A stretch of 64,000 nt of DNA from Narcine bancroftii (taxonomy: Eukaryota): contig NC_091481.1 of NCBI RefSeq assembly GCF_036971445.1, forward strand, positions 64,232,001 through 64,296,000, given 5' to 3'. The translations under genes were made by a program, and so were the position numbers. Positions 25,474 to 37,164 of the stretch are shown in pieces; positions within the stretch are counted from its first letter, which is position 1, and the number at the start of each line of letters is the position of its first letter. The notes beneath the pieces are model-generated. The model was not told where the DNA came from, searched no databases, and saw only the letters and a list, made by a program, of their open reading frames with translations.

Positions 25474-26877
25474 GTAGGTATCGTCCCCAGAGGCGACAGC
25501 TTGATCTGCTTCACTCCTATTGCCAATAACTACACCAGCAGATGTTCTGGGGGATGCCTTTTAATGGGTCCTTAGGAGATATGCGGTGGAGAGGGAGACA
25601 TGATCTGATTGTGGTCAGAGTGAAAGGCTTTAGAGGAGGGGCTTGGGGCACGGTGAGAATTGCCAAGCTTGGAATTGTGAGGGCACAAGTGGCAACATCT
25701 GATGTTCCGTGGTGGGAAAGAAATGGAGGTTTTAGAAGATGTTAAGTCGTCACCTTTATTTGACATCCATTCCCATGCTCGCGCGGTAAAGAGGTCACGT
25801 TTCTCTAGGACCATGGAGCATATTTACATAAATATGTTAGAATAGAAGTTAAACACATTAAAATATTTAGACATATACAGAAAAAGTCCATGGTTCACAA
25901 TCCACAAAAGTTCTGGGAGTTTAGGAGACTGATGGCTTGGGGGGGGAAAACTTGCCCACTCTGGACATGAGGGTCCGAGTGTGGCAACCAGATGGCAGAA
26001 GGGAGAACGGTTTACGCGAGGGGTGTGTGGAGTCCTTCACAATGTTTATTGCCTTTCGCCTGCATCGAGAGTTGTCGACGTCCTTCATGGTAGGAAGGAA
26101 GTCCCCAATGATGTTTTCCGCTGACTTCACTATCCTCTGCAGGGTCTGGTGGGATGCAGAGGAGATGCATCAGGATGTTGCCTGGGACAGGGTGCTTCAG
26201 TTCTGCATCTGTTTTCCCCCCCCCTGGAGTGGACAGGAGAGCATAAAATTGTGCGGTGTGGATAGGGTAGATTCCAGGAACCTTTCCCCAGATCAGATAT
26301 GGTCTGCAGACACAGTGATTGAAGTAAAAACACAACACTGGAGAAATTCAGCAGGTCAAACTGTGTCCTTTATATAGTAAAAATACATAATGATCGTTTC
26401 AGTCTTGAGCCCTTCATCAAGGTGTAAGCAAATTGTAAGCAGGCACCCCAACAAAATGGTGAGGTGGAGGGGCAGGGGGAGGTGCACGGTCCCACGGGCA
26501 GGAGGTAATAGGTGGATAAGGGAGGGAGGGCACAGCAGCAAGTGGGGGGGGGATGGGGATGACTCCGAATGGAGAGGGAAGGGGGTGGAGAGCTGGAGGA
26601 AAGGAGACAGAGGGATGGGAAGAGGGTTAGCAGAAACCAGAGAAGTTGTAGATTTGGTGGGGGAAGAACTTTAGAGGGGGCGTCTTTCTCAGCCTTGGAG
26701 TGGACAGCCTGTCCTTGGAGTGGACAGCCTGATACGGGCTGGGAGCAGAGTCGCTGACTGTGTAGACAAGCACTTGGATCATAGAAGGCTCTGGGCAAAG
26801 TGTTGGGAGATGGCATTAGTGCAGATGGGCTCCTACAGGAGAGTGTGGAGAGTTTAAATGGACGGTTTCCATGGGTT

Positions 26878-27473
26878 CTGTTGGGAGGAGTATCAGGTTC
26901 AGTGGGTTCACAGAGAGACGAGTCTGGACACCAGTGTTACAATCACACGTAACTTTTATTAACACACGGGAGACAAACGGGAGAATGTTAAACGGTACTC
27001 GATCACTATTTCACGTAAGCAACGATATAGACATTCACCTCGGACTTCGGTTGGACTCCGACAACGGTAAACCTGTACTCTACCTGCTCACACACACACA
27101 TGCTCCCGGTTCCCTGACCAACAGGGGTTGTGGCTCCCTGCAAGTATTGATCCATCACTTCCAGCGTTGTCCACAGTAGTGACCTGGCGTAGAGCGATGT
27201 CTAGGGCTTGGACCACGAGGCAGAGAGAAAGAATGAGCTGAGCGTTGATGTTATATAAAGTGCTAATCTGTGCTTCCAGTCAATAATGACCCCAGGTGAT
27301 TTAAATTAGCCAACGGCAAGGTGTGCACTAATGGGTGACCAGTCCAACCTTGATTGACAGGTGATGTGACTTCCAAATAAGTTTTAGATGTGGAGGACAC
27401 GTGACCACCCACAATCCACACATTCCAGACAGGAAAAGAGGCACATGTCCTCCACACTCAACACCATGCTACA
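26878..27473 (-). mobile_element. Probable LTR-like element
   Basis: tgt...aca ends, with reverse-strand AATAAA (~26955) and a TATA-like motif (~27252); no clear TSD. Confidence 0.4.
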
Positions 27474-27559
27474 TGGCCAAGGAATATGGGTCTCTGGGGG
27501 TTTTGAATCTGAACAATATCAAAAGTGTTAATTCTTTGGGTGGGAGCAAAACCATGGGC

Positions 27560-28620
27560 ACAGTCATGAGACATGAAATTCATGGAACATTGGCTGTGTG
27601 GATTAAAAATTGGCTTGCCTATAGAAAGCAGAAAGTAGTAGTGGATGGAAAGTATTCTGCTTGGAGGTCAGTGACTAGTGGAGTTCTGCAGGGATATGTT
27701 CTAGGACCCTCTATTTATGGTTATTATAAATGACCCAGATGAAGAAACGAAAAGATAAGTTAGTAAGTTAGCAGATGATACGAAGGTTGGAGGAGTTGTG
27801 GATGGTGTTGAAGGTTGTTGTAGGTTGCAAAAGGTTATAGGCTGGTTGCAGAGTTGGCTGGAAAAGTGACAGATGAAGTTCAATCTGGATAACTGTGAGG
27901 TGAAGGACAAGCCAGAAGGCTGAATACAAGGTTAATGGTCAAATACTTAACAGTGTGGAGGAACAGAAGGACCTTGGTGTCTAAATCCATGCATCTCTCA
28001 AGGTTTCCGCGCAGGTTGATAGGATAGTTAAGAAGGCCTATAGGAAGTTGGGCTTCATTAGTAGGGGGATTGAGTTCAAGAGTATAGAGGTCATGTTGCA
28101 ACTCTACAAGTCTGTGGTGAGACCACAGTTAGAGTATTGTGTTCAGTTCTGGTCACTTCATTATAGAAAGGATGTGGAAGCCATGGAGAAGGTGCAGAGG
28201 ATATTTATCCGAATGTTGCCTGGATTGGAAAATGAATCATAAGAGGGAAGATTAGCAGAGCTGGGACTTTTCTCTTTGGAGTGAAGAAGGATGAGAGGAG
28301 ACTTGATAGAGGTCTACAAGATTATGAGAGGCAGAGATAGGGTGGTCAGCCAGCGCCTTTTTCCCAGGGCAGGAATAGCAAACACCAGAGGACGTGTGTA
28401 CAAAGTGAAGGGAGGGAAGTTTAGGGGAGTCATCAGGGGTATGATTTTACGCAGAGAGTTGTGGGTGCCTGGAATGCCTTGTCGGGTTGGTGCTGGAGGC
28501 TGAAACATTAGGGACATTTAAGAGACTCTTAGACAGGCACGTGGATGGAAGAAAAATAGAGGGATGTGGGGTAGGGAGGGTTTAGTACCTATTTTAAAGA
28601 AATATATGGGTTGACACAAC
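27560..28620 (+). mobile_element. CR1-type LINE fragment
   Basis: Decayed WIKNWL...VTSGVLQG...LGP, YKSVVRPQLEYCVQFW and RGDLIEVYKIM motifs. Further copies at ~5180-5460, 14130-14530, 17800-18135, 20580-20960, 23710-24280, 32250-32690, 37880-38260, 49560-50060, 56210-56640 and 62010-62560. Confidence 0.9.
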
Positions 28621-28699
28621 ATTTCTGTTGCTACACGAGTCATCATGAGATTCCCCATTCAGGGCCCAAAGATTATTGGCTTGATGCTTTCTGCAATAA

Positions 28700-29335
28700 T
28701 TACTGGGGTCGGGGTCAGCGATCTGGGGAGAGGGAGGGGTCCAGGGAGAGGATGGGGATAGACTGGGGGAGTGAGGGGATATGATAGGGTGGAGATTGAG
28801 GGAATGAGGGGATCTGGGAGTGGGATGGATCTAGGGGAGGGAGTGGATGTGGAGAGAAGGAGGGGATGCACTGGGCAAAGGTGGGGGGGATGGACTGGGG
28901 ATTTGAAGTGGGGTGGGACTGAAGGAGGGAGGGGACTGGGTGTTGATGAATGAGGGGATCCAGGGAGAATGTGGGGACCGACTGGGGGAGGGAGGGAATG
29001 GATTGGGGAGGGAGGGAATGGATTGGGGAGGGAGGGGTGATGGCAAAAGGTACGGATTTGGAGTGGGATGGGACTGAGGGAGAGAATGTGGAGAGAGGGT
29101 GGGGAATATGGGGAGAGGGTCTGTGAGGTCAAGGGGATGTTGGGAGAGAGGGTCTGAGGGTAGGGATCTGGGAATGGGAGATGTGGGGAGAAGGTGGGGA
29201 CTGGTCTGGGGAAATGAGGGGATCAGTGGAGAGGGTGGGGAGTGAGGGTCAGCTGGAAGTGGGAGGGGATTTGGGGGGGAACTAGGGAATCTGGGAGTGG
29301 GACGGGATTGAGGGGGGGGGGAAGAGGAGATTGAA
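28700..29335. repeat. G-rich low-complexity tract
   Basis: Dense GGG runs (gggatctggga-like units) ending about 110 nt before PRRG2 exon 3. Confidence 0.8.
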
Positions 29336-29442
29336 TGCAGATTTCCGTGGTCTTGTTGTGAGGTAACACTCCTGGACCTGTCTCACTGCAACCTTCGCTT
29401 ATGCTTTTATTCTGAGTGACGGTATGTGTTTGTTTCCTTCAG

Positions 29443-29482
29443 CTTCTTTTCTGGGATAAGTACAAGCAGTCCCAGAAACCAG
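29443..29482 (+). CDS. PRRG2: PRRG2 coding exon 3 (aromatic stack)
   Basis: ttccttcag|LLFWDKYKQSQKP(G)|gtgagc, 40 nt, carrying the FWxxY motif that follows Gla domains. Confidence 0.93.
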
Positions 29483-30479
29483 GTGAGCAACGGTGCTGAG
29501 TTATCAACCGGTGTAAGGTTACGGAGCTTGTTAATATACTGTTAGCTGTGAATCTTTACCCTGGCAGTCCCCTTCCTCTCTGGACGTTCAGCACAGAAAC
29601 AGGCCATCCGGCCCCACCAACCTAGCAATCTCTTGCTGCCAGAGAAACTGATGTTTCAAAGCCATTTCAAATTTATTGTCAGAGAACATACATGACATCA
29701 CATACAACCCTGAGATTCTTTTTCCTGTGGGCCAGGCCGAATTACCACTTATTGGTGATGCCAAAAAAAAACTGTACTCAAGAAAAGATGCGCATAGAAA
29801 AGAGTGAAACGGAGAGCGTAGCGGTTAGCGCAACTGGTTACAGCGCCAGTGACCAGGGTTCAAATCCAGCAGGGAATTTGCACGTTCTCTCCATGTCCGC
29901 GTGGGCTTCCTCCGGGTGCTCCAGTTTCCTTCCGCCCTTCAAAGTGTATCGGGGGTTGTAGGTCAATTGGGCAGCTCGGGCTCGTGTGCCAGAAGGGCCT
30001 GTTACTGTGTTGTATGTCTAAATTTTAATTTAAATACAGAAAATAAATATTCATTAATGTGCAAAGCAAGAGTCCCTGATTGAGTTTGTCATTGAGGAGT
30101 CTGATGGTGGAGGGAGAGCAGCTGTTCCTGAACCTGGTGGCATGATTCTTGTGGCCCCTACACCTCTTTCCTGATGGCAACATTTAGACAGCAACGCAGA
30201 TAGGAAAGGTTCAGCAGGATCTGGGCTGAGCACAGGGAAGCTTGGGCTGACAACTCTATCAGCTTGGAGATGTTTGACTGAAGGACCTGCTTCTGGGCTG
30301 TGCAAAGATGTGCGGGTTGGTCGCAGTCAATTATCCCTGGAGCGTTGGCAAGAGGTGGATCCTGGGGGGGAGAGATGGGAGGAATAAAGTGTGTGGGAAG
30401 AGGGTGGAGGAAGATTAGTGATGTGCATGGAAGCCTGGATCCCAGCGGAGTTAACTCTGCTGTCTCTCCCCCACTGCAG

Positions 30480-30609
30480 GGGGTCCCACTGCCCACCGGT
30501 TCGACGTCGCTGGCCTGGTGGCGGGGCTGATTGGTGGCTTCATTATCCTCATCCTGATGGGACTCCTGATGGTCTACTTCTGCAAACGGAGAGGGAAGCG
30601 AACAGAGAG
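30480..30609 (+). CDS. PRRG2: PRRG2 coding exon 4 (transmembrane)
   Basis: ccactgcag|(G)GPTAHRFDVAGLVAGLIGGFIILILMGLLMVYFCKRRGKRTE(R)|gttggt; hydrophobic helix followed by a basic stop-transfer segment. Confidence 0.93.
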
Positions 30610-30769
30610 GTTGGTGCCAGTTGCCGGGATAGGGCTCGTCACGCCTGCCCTTCGCAGCGCTGAGGGGCAGCAGAGCCATTTGGCCCGTTGTTCGAGCCCT
30701 GGGTCTTGGGGGAAGTTCCCAGTGCTCCGCAATTCACCAGAACACTGACAATGTTTCCAACAATCCCTT

Positions 30770-31260
30770 TCCTTTTTCAATATTTTTATTAACATTGAAA
30801 TTTCACATCCAAAAATACAGAGTAAATAATGATAAATGTTAAAATTCTAAAAGATACACTTGCATCATTTAATCCAAGGAATCTCACATTTTAATCAAGC
30901 AATCGATATTTTATTACAAAAAAGGAAAATCTAAATTCCACTACTGAGAAAGAACCTGTTTGGCCACAAAAAAAAGAAAGACAGAATTCTTATCAGAGAG
31001 ATAAATGACCTCATCAGTCGACATTTCTACCTTCATAACAAATCAAAGATTATAAAAGTAACTCAAGGCTCCCCACCTAAGTTTGAAACTTTAAATTCAA
31101 ATTGGAAATTGAGCAGCGACTCTTAAACATGACGTCACGTAGCCATTGAGCGTGATGAGGAGGGGTAACATCCCTCCGTCCCCTCGCCAGAAGAGAAATA
31201 AAAGCTAATACGTGCAGATCAGATGCCATTAAAGTTGGGTCACTCTCTCCAACCTTCCCT
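30770..31260 (-). mobile_element. L1/Tx1-like LINE 3' fragment
   Basis: T-rich reverse tail plus decayed coding remnants (LAFISLLAR, HAQWLRDVM) of the L1-clade ORF2 C-terminus. Confidence 0.55.
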
Positions 31261-32713
31261 CTTGAGAATCACCACCTCCATCAAGCATTGGGACTGTGAT
31301 TCCAAATGACAACCTGTTCCCTGAAATACATTCTCATTCCCTCCCCTCTCGCCAGCTGTCGTACTCTGTGCTTATCCCAGATAGAACACAACAGCACAGG
31401 AATGGGGCCTTGACCCACTAAGTCTGTACTCAACGTGCTGCCAAAAGACATAGGAGCAGAAATAGGCTATTCAGCCTCGCCATTTAATCACGAGCCGACG
31501 AAATACTGTTTTAAATTTCCATCACTGATGTGTGGGCCACCATGAGTAGGGTGGATGTACAGAAGGCAGCTGGTCCAGTTGGCATACCCTGGCCACGTGC
31601 TTCGAGCCTGTGCATTTAAAAAAAAAACTCTGTCTCGTGTATTTAAAAAAACAGCTTTGTCCCGCACAATTCTCTTTAAACTTTCTCCACCTCATCTGAA
31701 ACACTTCCACACTGACATTTCCACAATGGAGTGAGAAAGATTCTGGCTGTCTACCCCCCCTGTCAATGCCACTTGTAATTTAATAAACTTCCATCAGGTC
31801 ACCCCTCTGCTCAAGAGGAAACAACCCAAGTGTGTCCAACCTCTTCCTGTGCCTCATAGCCTCCAGTCCAGGCAGAATCCAGGGAAATCTGTACCCTTTC
31901 CAAAGCCCCCATGTCTTTCCTCCATTGTGCTGAAGCAGAATGGGGGTGGGGGGGGAGGGGAAGCCTGATTGAAAGTGTAACGGGGAGGCATCTCGGAGGA
32001 GGTGCACCAAGTTGATTCCAGAGATGAGCGGCACGGTTAGCGTGGCATTTAGCGCAGTGTATTTACAGCACTAGCGATAGGGACCAGACCCAGGTTCGAA
32101 TCCTATGTTTGTACGTTCTCCCTGTGTCTGTGTGGGTCTTCCACCCACCCTTCAAAAGTGTACCAGGGTGTGGGTTATTGAGATGCAAGTTGGGCGGCAT
32201 GGACTTGAAGGGGAAAATTGGTCTGTTTACAGTGCCTGTTGGATTTTTTAAAATGAGGGGGTTAGTCTATGAGGAGAGATTGAGTTGTCTGGGGCTAAAT
32301 TCTAAATACTCTCTAGAATTTAGAAGAACAAGAGGGGATCTTATAAAATTACAAAAGACATAGATTGAAGTAGGCAAGTTGTTTCCATTGGTGGGGGAGA
32401 ACAGGGGGACATGTCCCTAAGATTCAGGGTAGTAGATTTAGGGCACAGATGCAGAGGAACTGCTTTTCACAGAGGGGGGTGAATCTGTGGAATTCGCTGC
32501 CCATTGAAGCAATTTAATTTGCATTTAAGGCAAGGTTGGGTGGATTTTTACATAGTCAGGGAATTAAGGGATATGGGGCAAAAAGCAGGTGGGTGGAGAT
32601 GAGTATTATCAGATTAGTCGTGATTGCATTGAATGGTGGAGCAAGCTCGACGGGTTGGATGGTTGCCTCCTGCTCCTGTTTCTTATGTTCTTCCACTTCC
32701 TTTCCTTGTCCAG

Positions 32714-32884
32714 GCCTCCAGAGTACCGAGGACCAGTGCTGAGCAGGATAAACCAGCCCTCCACAGCCGCGGGCGAGAACGTGCCCCTGACCACCCTACC
32801 AACCAACGCCCCTGGACTTCCCTCCTACGACGAAGCCCTGAGCAGATCGGGGCATTATGATGCCCCGCCCCCTCCGTATGCTGG
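32714..32884 (+). CDS. PRRG2: PRRG2 coding exon 5 (cytoplasmic PY motifs)
   Basis: ttgtccag|(R)PPEYRGPVLSRINQPSTAAGENVPLTTLPTNAPGLPSYDEALSRSGHYDAPPPPYA(G)|gtgtgt; LPxY and PPPPY as in PRRG2. Confidence 0.94.
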
Positions 32885-33624
32885 GTGTGTACAGTTGTCT
32901 GTTTTGCTTTAACTCAGTTCTTTATCTCAACAAATCCTGTACAGCTCTGTGAACCCGCCCCTTGCCTGGTAACTAAAGGCAGAGTGACTCCCAAGCTGGA
33001 ATTGACAACTATGGGCCGGGTATTTGCAGAGGCATTGTCACATGACCACCTCCTCTTTGTGCTATTGATCAACCAACATGTCAATCAATATGACCTTCAG
33101 CCAATTGGGGAGTGCATTATTCATTACTCAATTGGACATTTTTTTTAAATATTGTCCATCAATCAGGATTTAATCCCCACCTCTGATACTCTCACAAAGT
33201 GCACAAAGGAAAGACCATTTCTATTTTGCTGCTATATGACATTTTGACTGGGTGATTGACCTTTGATCAGTATTGGAGACTGCAAGGTTTCAAAGGCTCT
33301 AACTTCAGTAACCAATCGGATTGTCTGCTTGCAGCCATGGCAACGACCAGAGGTCTTGACCCAATGATTGGTCCTCGTACATTGGCTGAGGTTGGCTGTG
33401 ATGCCCCTGTGGGCCAAAGTGTGATGGGGTGTGACCCAGGGAGGATAATCCAGTGTGAGAGAGGGACGAGGAAGTGATGGCACCTTGATCCCTGGGGCAG
33501 GGGCAGAATGACTTTCCAGAGAAATTGCAAGGCCATGGAATTTTTTGCATTGGTTAAATGCAAGTTAAGCTAGGCTGCAAATTAATCAAAACTTCCACAC
33601 TTTTGTTCTGGTCCTGAGTGTACG

Positions 33625-34410
33625 TAGAACACTGCAGCACAGTACCGGCCCTTTGGCCCTAAATGTTGTTACGACCTATATATTCCTACCAAAAAAATAC
33701 AAAACCCTTCCTCCTTGTAGCCCTCTATTTTTCTTTCATCCATGTGCCTGTCTAAGTGTCTCCTAAATCCCCCTCTTGTTCCAGCCTCCCACCACCATCC
33801 CTGGCAAAGCATTTTTGGCACCCACAACTCTGTTTTTAAAAACTCACTCCTAGTGTCTCCCCTAAACTTTCCTCACTTCACTTTGTACACACGTCCTCAG
33901 GTGTTTGCTATTCCCGCTCTGGGAAGCAGGTGCTGGCCATCCACCTTATCTATGCCTTTCAGAATCTTGTCGACCTCTACTAATCTCCTTTCATCCTCTG
34001 CTCCAAAGAGAAAAGTCCCAGCTCTTCTAACCTTGCCTCACAAGACTTGTTTTCCAATCTAGCCCACATCCTGGTGAATCTCCTCTGCCCCCTCTCTGTA
34101 GCTTCCACATCCTTCCTGTAATGAGGTGACCAGGCCTGAACACAATATTCTAAGTGTGATTTGCACCATGCTAGAGTTGCATCATGCTGGAGTTGCACCA
34201 TGACCTCTCCACTCTTCAACTCGATCCCCTCCCCTGACTAATGAAGCCCATCATAACATAGGCCTTCTTAACTACCATGTCAACCTGTGTGGTGACCTTG
34301 AGAGATGTATGGATTTCGACCCTCTGTTCTTCCACGCTGTTAAACATCCGACCATTAACCGTGCACTCAGCTTTCGGGTTTGACTCTCCAAAAGGCATCA
34401 CCTCACAATG
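33625..34410 (-). mobile_element. CR1-type LINE fragment
   Basis: Minus-strand HLEYCVQAWSPHYRKDVEA...LEELGLFSLEQ. Confidence 0.85.
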
Positions 34411-35255
34411 GGAATGTCCTTTTATCTACGGGATCACAGAGAAATGGTCTCTGTGATGGGTGAGGAGATGTCAGAAATTTCTGGTGAAGCATCAGTAGTT
34501 ACAGGTTGTTCACCCAACATTACAAACACAGCTTCTTCCTCTCCACCATTAGATTTCTGAACGTACAATGAACCTACCTCACTTTTTCACCACATTTGTT
34601 TTTTTTTCAGTTTTGTTGCCACTCCATTGTAATTTATTTAGTTATTTTGCATTTTGTTTTCCACAACACTGCTGCCGAGAAACAACAATTTCCATGACAC
34701 AATAAACCTTGATTCTGATGGTGTTGGAGAACTCATAGGAGGTCCATTCAATAGTCTGATAACTGTCCTTGAATCTGGAGGTGCTTGTTTTCAGCCTCCC
34801 GTGTGTTCTAACTGATGGGGAGGGGTGGGGGAAGAGTGCATGACCGGGGTGGATTGGCTCCTTCCCCAAGCAGCGGAGGGCAGTAGACGGAGTCAATGGA
34901 GGGGAGGTTGGATTGGGCGATGGCCTGAGCCACGTTAACAGATCAGCCATGGCCACATTGAATGGTGGGGCAGGTTTGAGGGGCTAGGGCCTCCTCCTTG
35001 ACATTATAAAGGACCCCCATCACCCTGGTCTTAACCTCTTCCACTTAAGGTTTATTGTCATGTAATAATACATTAAAAATGTAACATACATGATATACAA
35101 TAAAGCCCCTGATAGCCAGAATTCAAGCAACCGGCAAAAATAAATTGTGGAAAATAACTAGGTTAAAAAAAGTACGGGTTTAAAATGAGTGCACCTCACT
35201 GTTAATCACACAACACAGAATCTTAAGCAACTGGAAAATTCAGTTTATCCAGCAT

Positions 35256-35914
35256 CAGTGGTGTCACCCAGTGCGGTAACTCACGGTGTCACCCACCACC
35301 CCTCCTCGCCCATGGACCTCCTCCCATACCAGACCATACAGAATCCTTAGTAATGTTACTGGTGAATCGTAATTCACATAGATCACTGAATGTAGTGAGA
35401 TAAACAACCAGCAAAATTAAAATTACACCTTTAGTTACAACATTATTAGTAACTGGGCGGAACCTTTTTTTTTAAATTTTTCTCCTTTTAATTACTACTT
35501 CTTTCTCAAAAACGTTATTGATAATCGGTTCACAAATACTAGTGACCACAACATTGACAAAAGCAGCGACAGTAAAAACACCAGCAGCAATGAAAACAAC
35601 AGCGTGAGCTGGTAGCGCATGCAGATGAAACCACGCGATTCGAAGCGTCGTTGTCTTTGGGGAATAATGACGACTCTGACTGGAGCACGTTAGAAGCTTC
35701 AAAAAGTAAATGGGTATCGAGTTTAGCCTTGTAGGTATATTGAAACCTGTCAGCTGGGCTTACGGAAAATGTTTTTGCTGTTATAACTAACGGCAGGGAC
35801 ATTTTAAATTTCTGCTGAAAAACTGCACATAAATTTTATAGCCAGTTATTTTGGTGTCACCCCCCTCTAATGGTATAAACCGGTGTGATTCGCACCCTGC
35901 TAGTGACCCATGTG
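35256..35914 (+). mobile_element. Non-autonomous hAT DNA transposon with perfect 8-bp TSD
   Basis: CAGTGG start, subterminal ggtgtcaccc repeats, TSD TCCAGCAT at 35248-35255 and 35915-35922. Confidence 0.85.
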
Positions 35915-36837
35915 TCCAGCATCTACCAATCCCCATAGGTGCTGGATACTGTACTGTATTTTAACTTTTGCTTGCCATTAAGGCAAAGAGACACAGTTGG
36001 TATTGTCAGCGCCCCTTACAATACGAGACTGAAAGCAAGAGAGAGTCCCTTCAGAGTCCCTGGTTGTTCACGTCCAGCACTCCCACGGCCTCTTCAGCCA
36101 CACCATCCTCTGTTCGATTCATCGTCAACCCGAGCTCCAGATCCAATCGGGAAGCCTTCAGTGCTAGGGGCTCTTCGGGGGGCCCTTCTGGCCCTTCGGC
36201 ACCCTGTTGCATCACAGCTCCGATACCTGGTTCCCATGAGCCAGTCTCCAGCAGGCCTTGCTGGCTCCCTGACCACAGCCTGTGTGGCTCCCTCAGCTGC
36301 TGGGCCCCTCACTGGTTGACCACTGTGGTCACGGACCTGTCAGTTCCTTCAGCTGATGAGCCCCTCGCTGGTCTACTGCTGGTGTTATGACTACATGACC
36401 ACAAAACATACAGAAGCCTGAAGTCCAGCACCTCCAGGTTCAAGAACAGATTTTTCCCAATTGCTATTAGTGTCATGAACCTCCCATTAGACCCTGAACT
36501 AACCACAGTCTCTTCTGGTACCACAAAAATAATCTGTCTGTACTGTGAGTCTGTAGGAGCAGAATTTGGCCACACAGCCCATTGAGTATTGCCATTCGAA
36601 TTGTAGATGACGAGTTTTCCTCACAACCCCGTTTTCCTGCCTTCTCCCCATAACCTTCGATGCTCTGACTAATTAACCATCATCCTCTGCTATAAATATC
36701 CCCAATGACTTGGCCTCCACTGCCATCTGTGGGACATAATCTCTGTCCTCTGGCTGAAAGAAACCTCACTTTTTCTTTGCTCCAACTGCAGCTGCAAATA
36801 TTTACCTATCTTTTCTGCGCCATTTCAAATTAGGGAG

Positions 36838-37043
36838 CTGTAAAACCCCTGGTATCCGGCACCTATGGGGATTGGTGGATGCCGGATAAGAAAGTTTTCC
36901 GGTTGCTTGAGGCTGCGTGCTGAGTGAATGGAGAATAAAATGCGAGGCGCGCCAATTTTAAAGTATTTTTCACCCATTTATGTTGCCCGGATTTTTTTTT
37001 TTTTGCCGGTTGCTTGAATTCTGGATTACAGGGACTTGACCTG
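36838..37043. mobile_element. Tc1/mariner-type MITE
   Basis: taaaacccctggtatccggcacctatggggattgg...gttgcttgaattctggattacaggg. An inverted sibling at ~35098-35955 is split by the hAT insertion. Confidence 0.65.
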
Positions 37044-37133
37044 ATCAGCTGCAGCAGGTAAGCATTTCAGTGCTTCTGTATGTTGTACAAAGTAGATGTC
37101 AGCCAATTCTAACCCGTATTCATGCCTTTGCAG

Positions 37134-37164
37134 AGGATCCGCACAGGAACGCACACCCAGCTGA
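37134..37164 (+). CDS. PRRG2: PRRG2 coding exon 6 (last)
   Basis: Branch point ttctaac at 37107, acceptor cctttgcag, (G)GSAQERTPS*. The phase fits and the total CDS is 597 nt = 198 aa + stop. Confidence 0.7.

Noticed and set aside
25183-25575. 130-aa ORF as a single-exon Gla protein
   Set aside because: Only 25310-25473 is exon, bounded by AG/GT; the flanks are intronic read-through.
31125-31145. Perfect CRE TGACGTCA in a PRRG2 intron
   Set aside because: Lies in a decayed L1-like coding remnant (WLRDVM); no independent sign of function.
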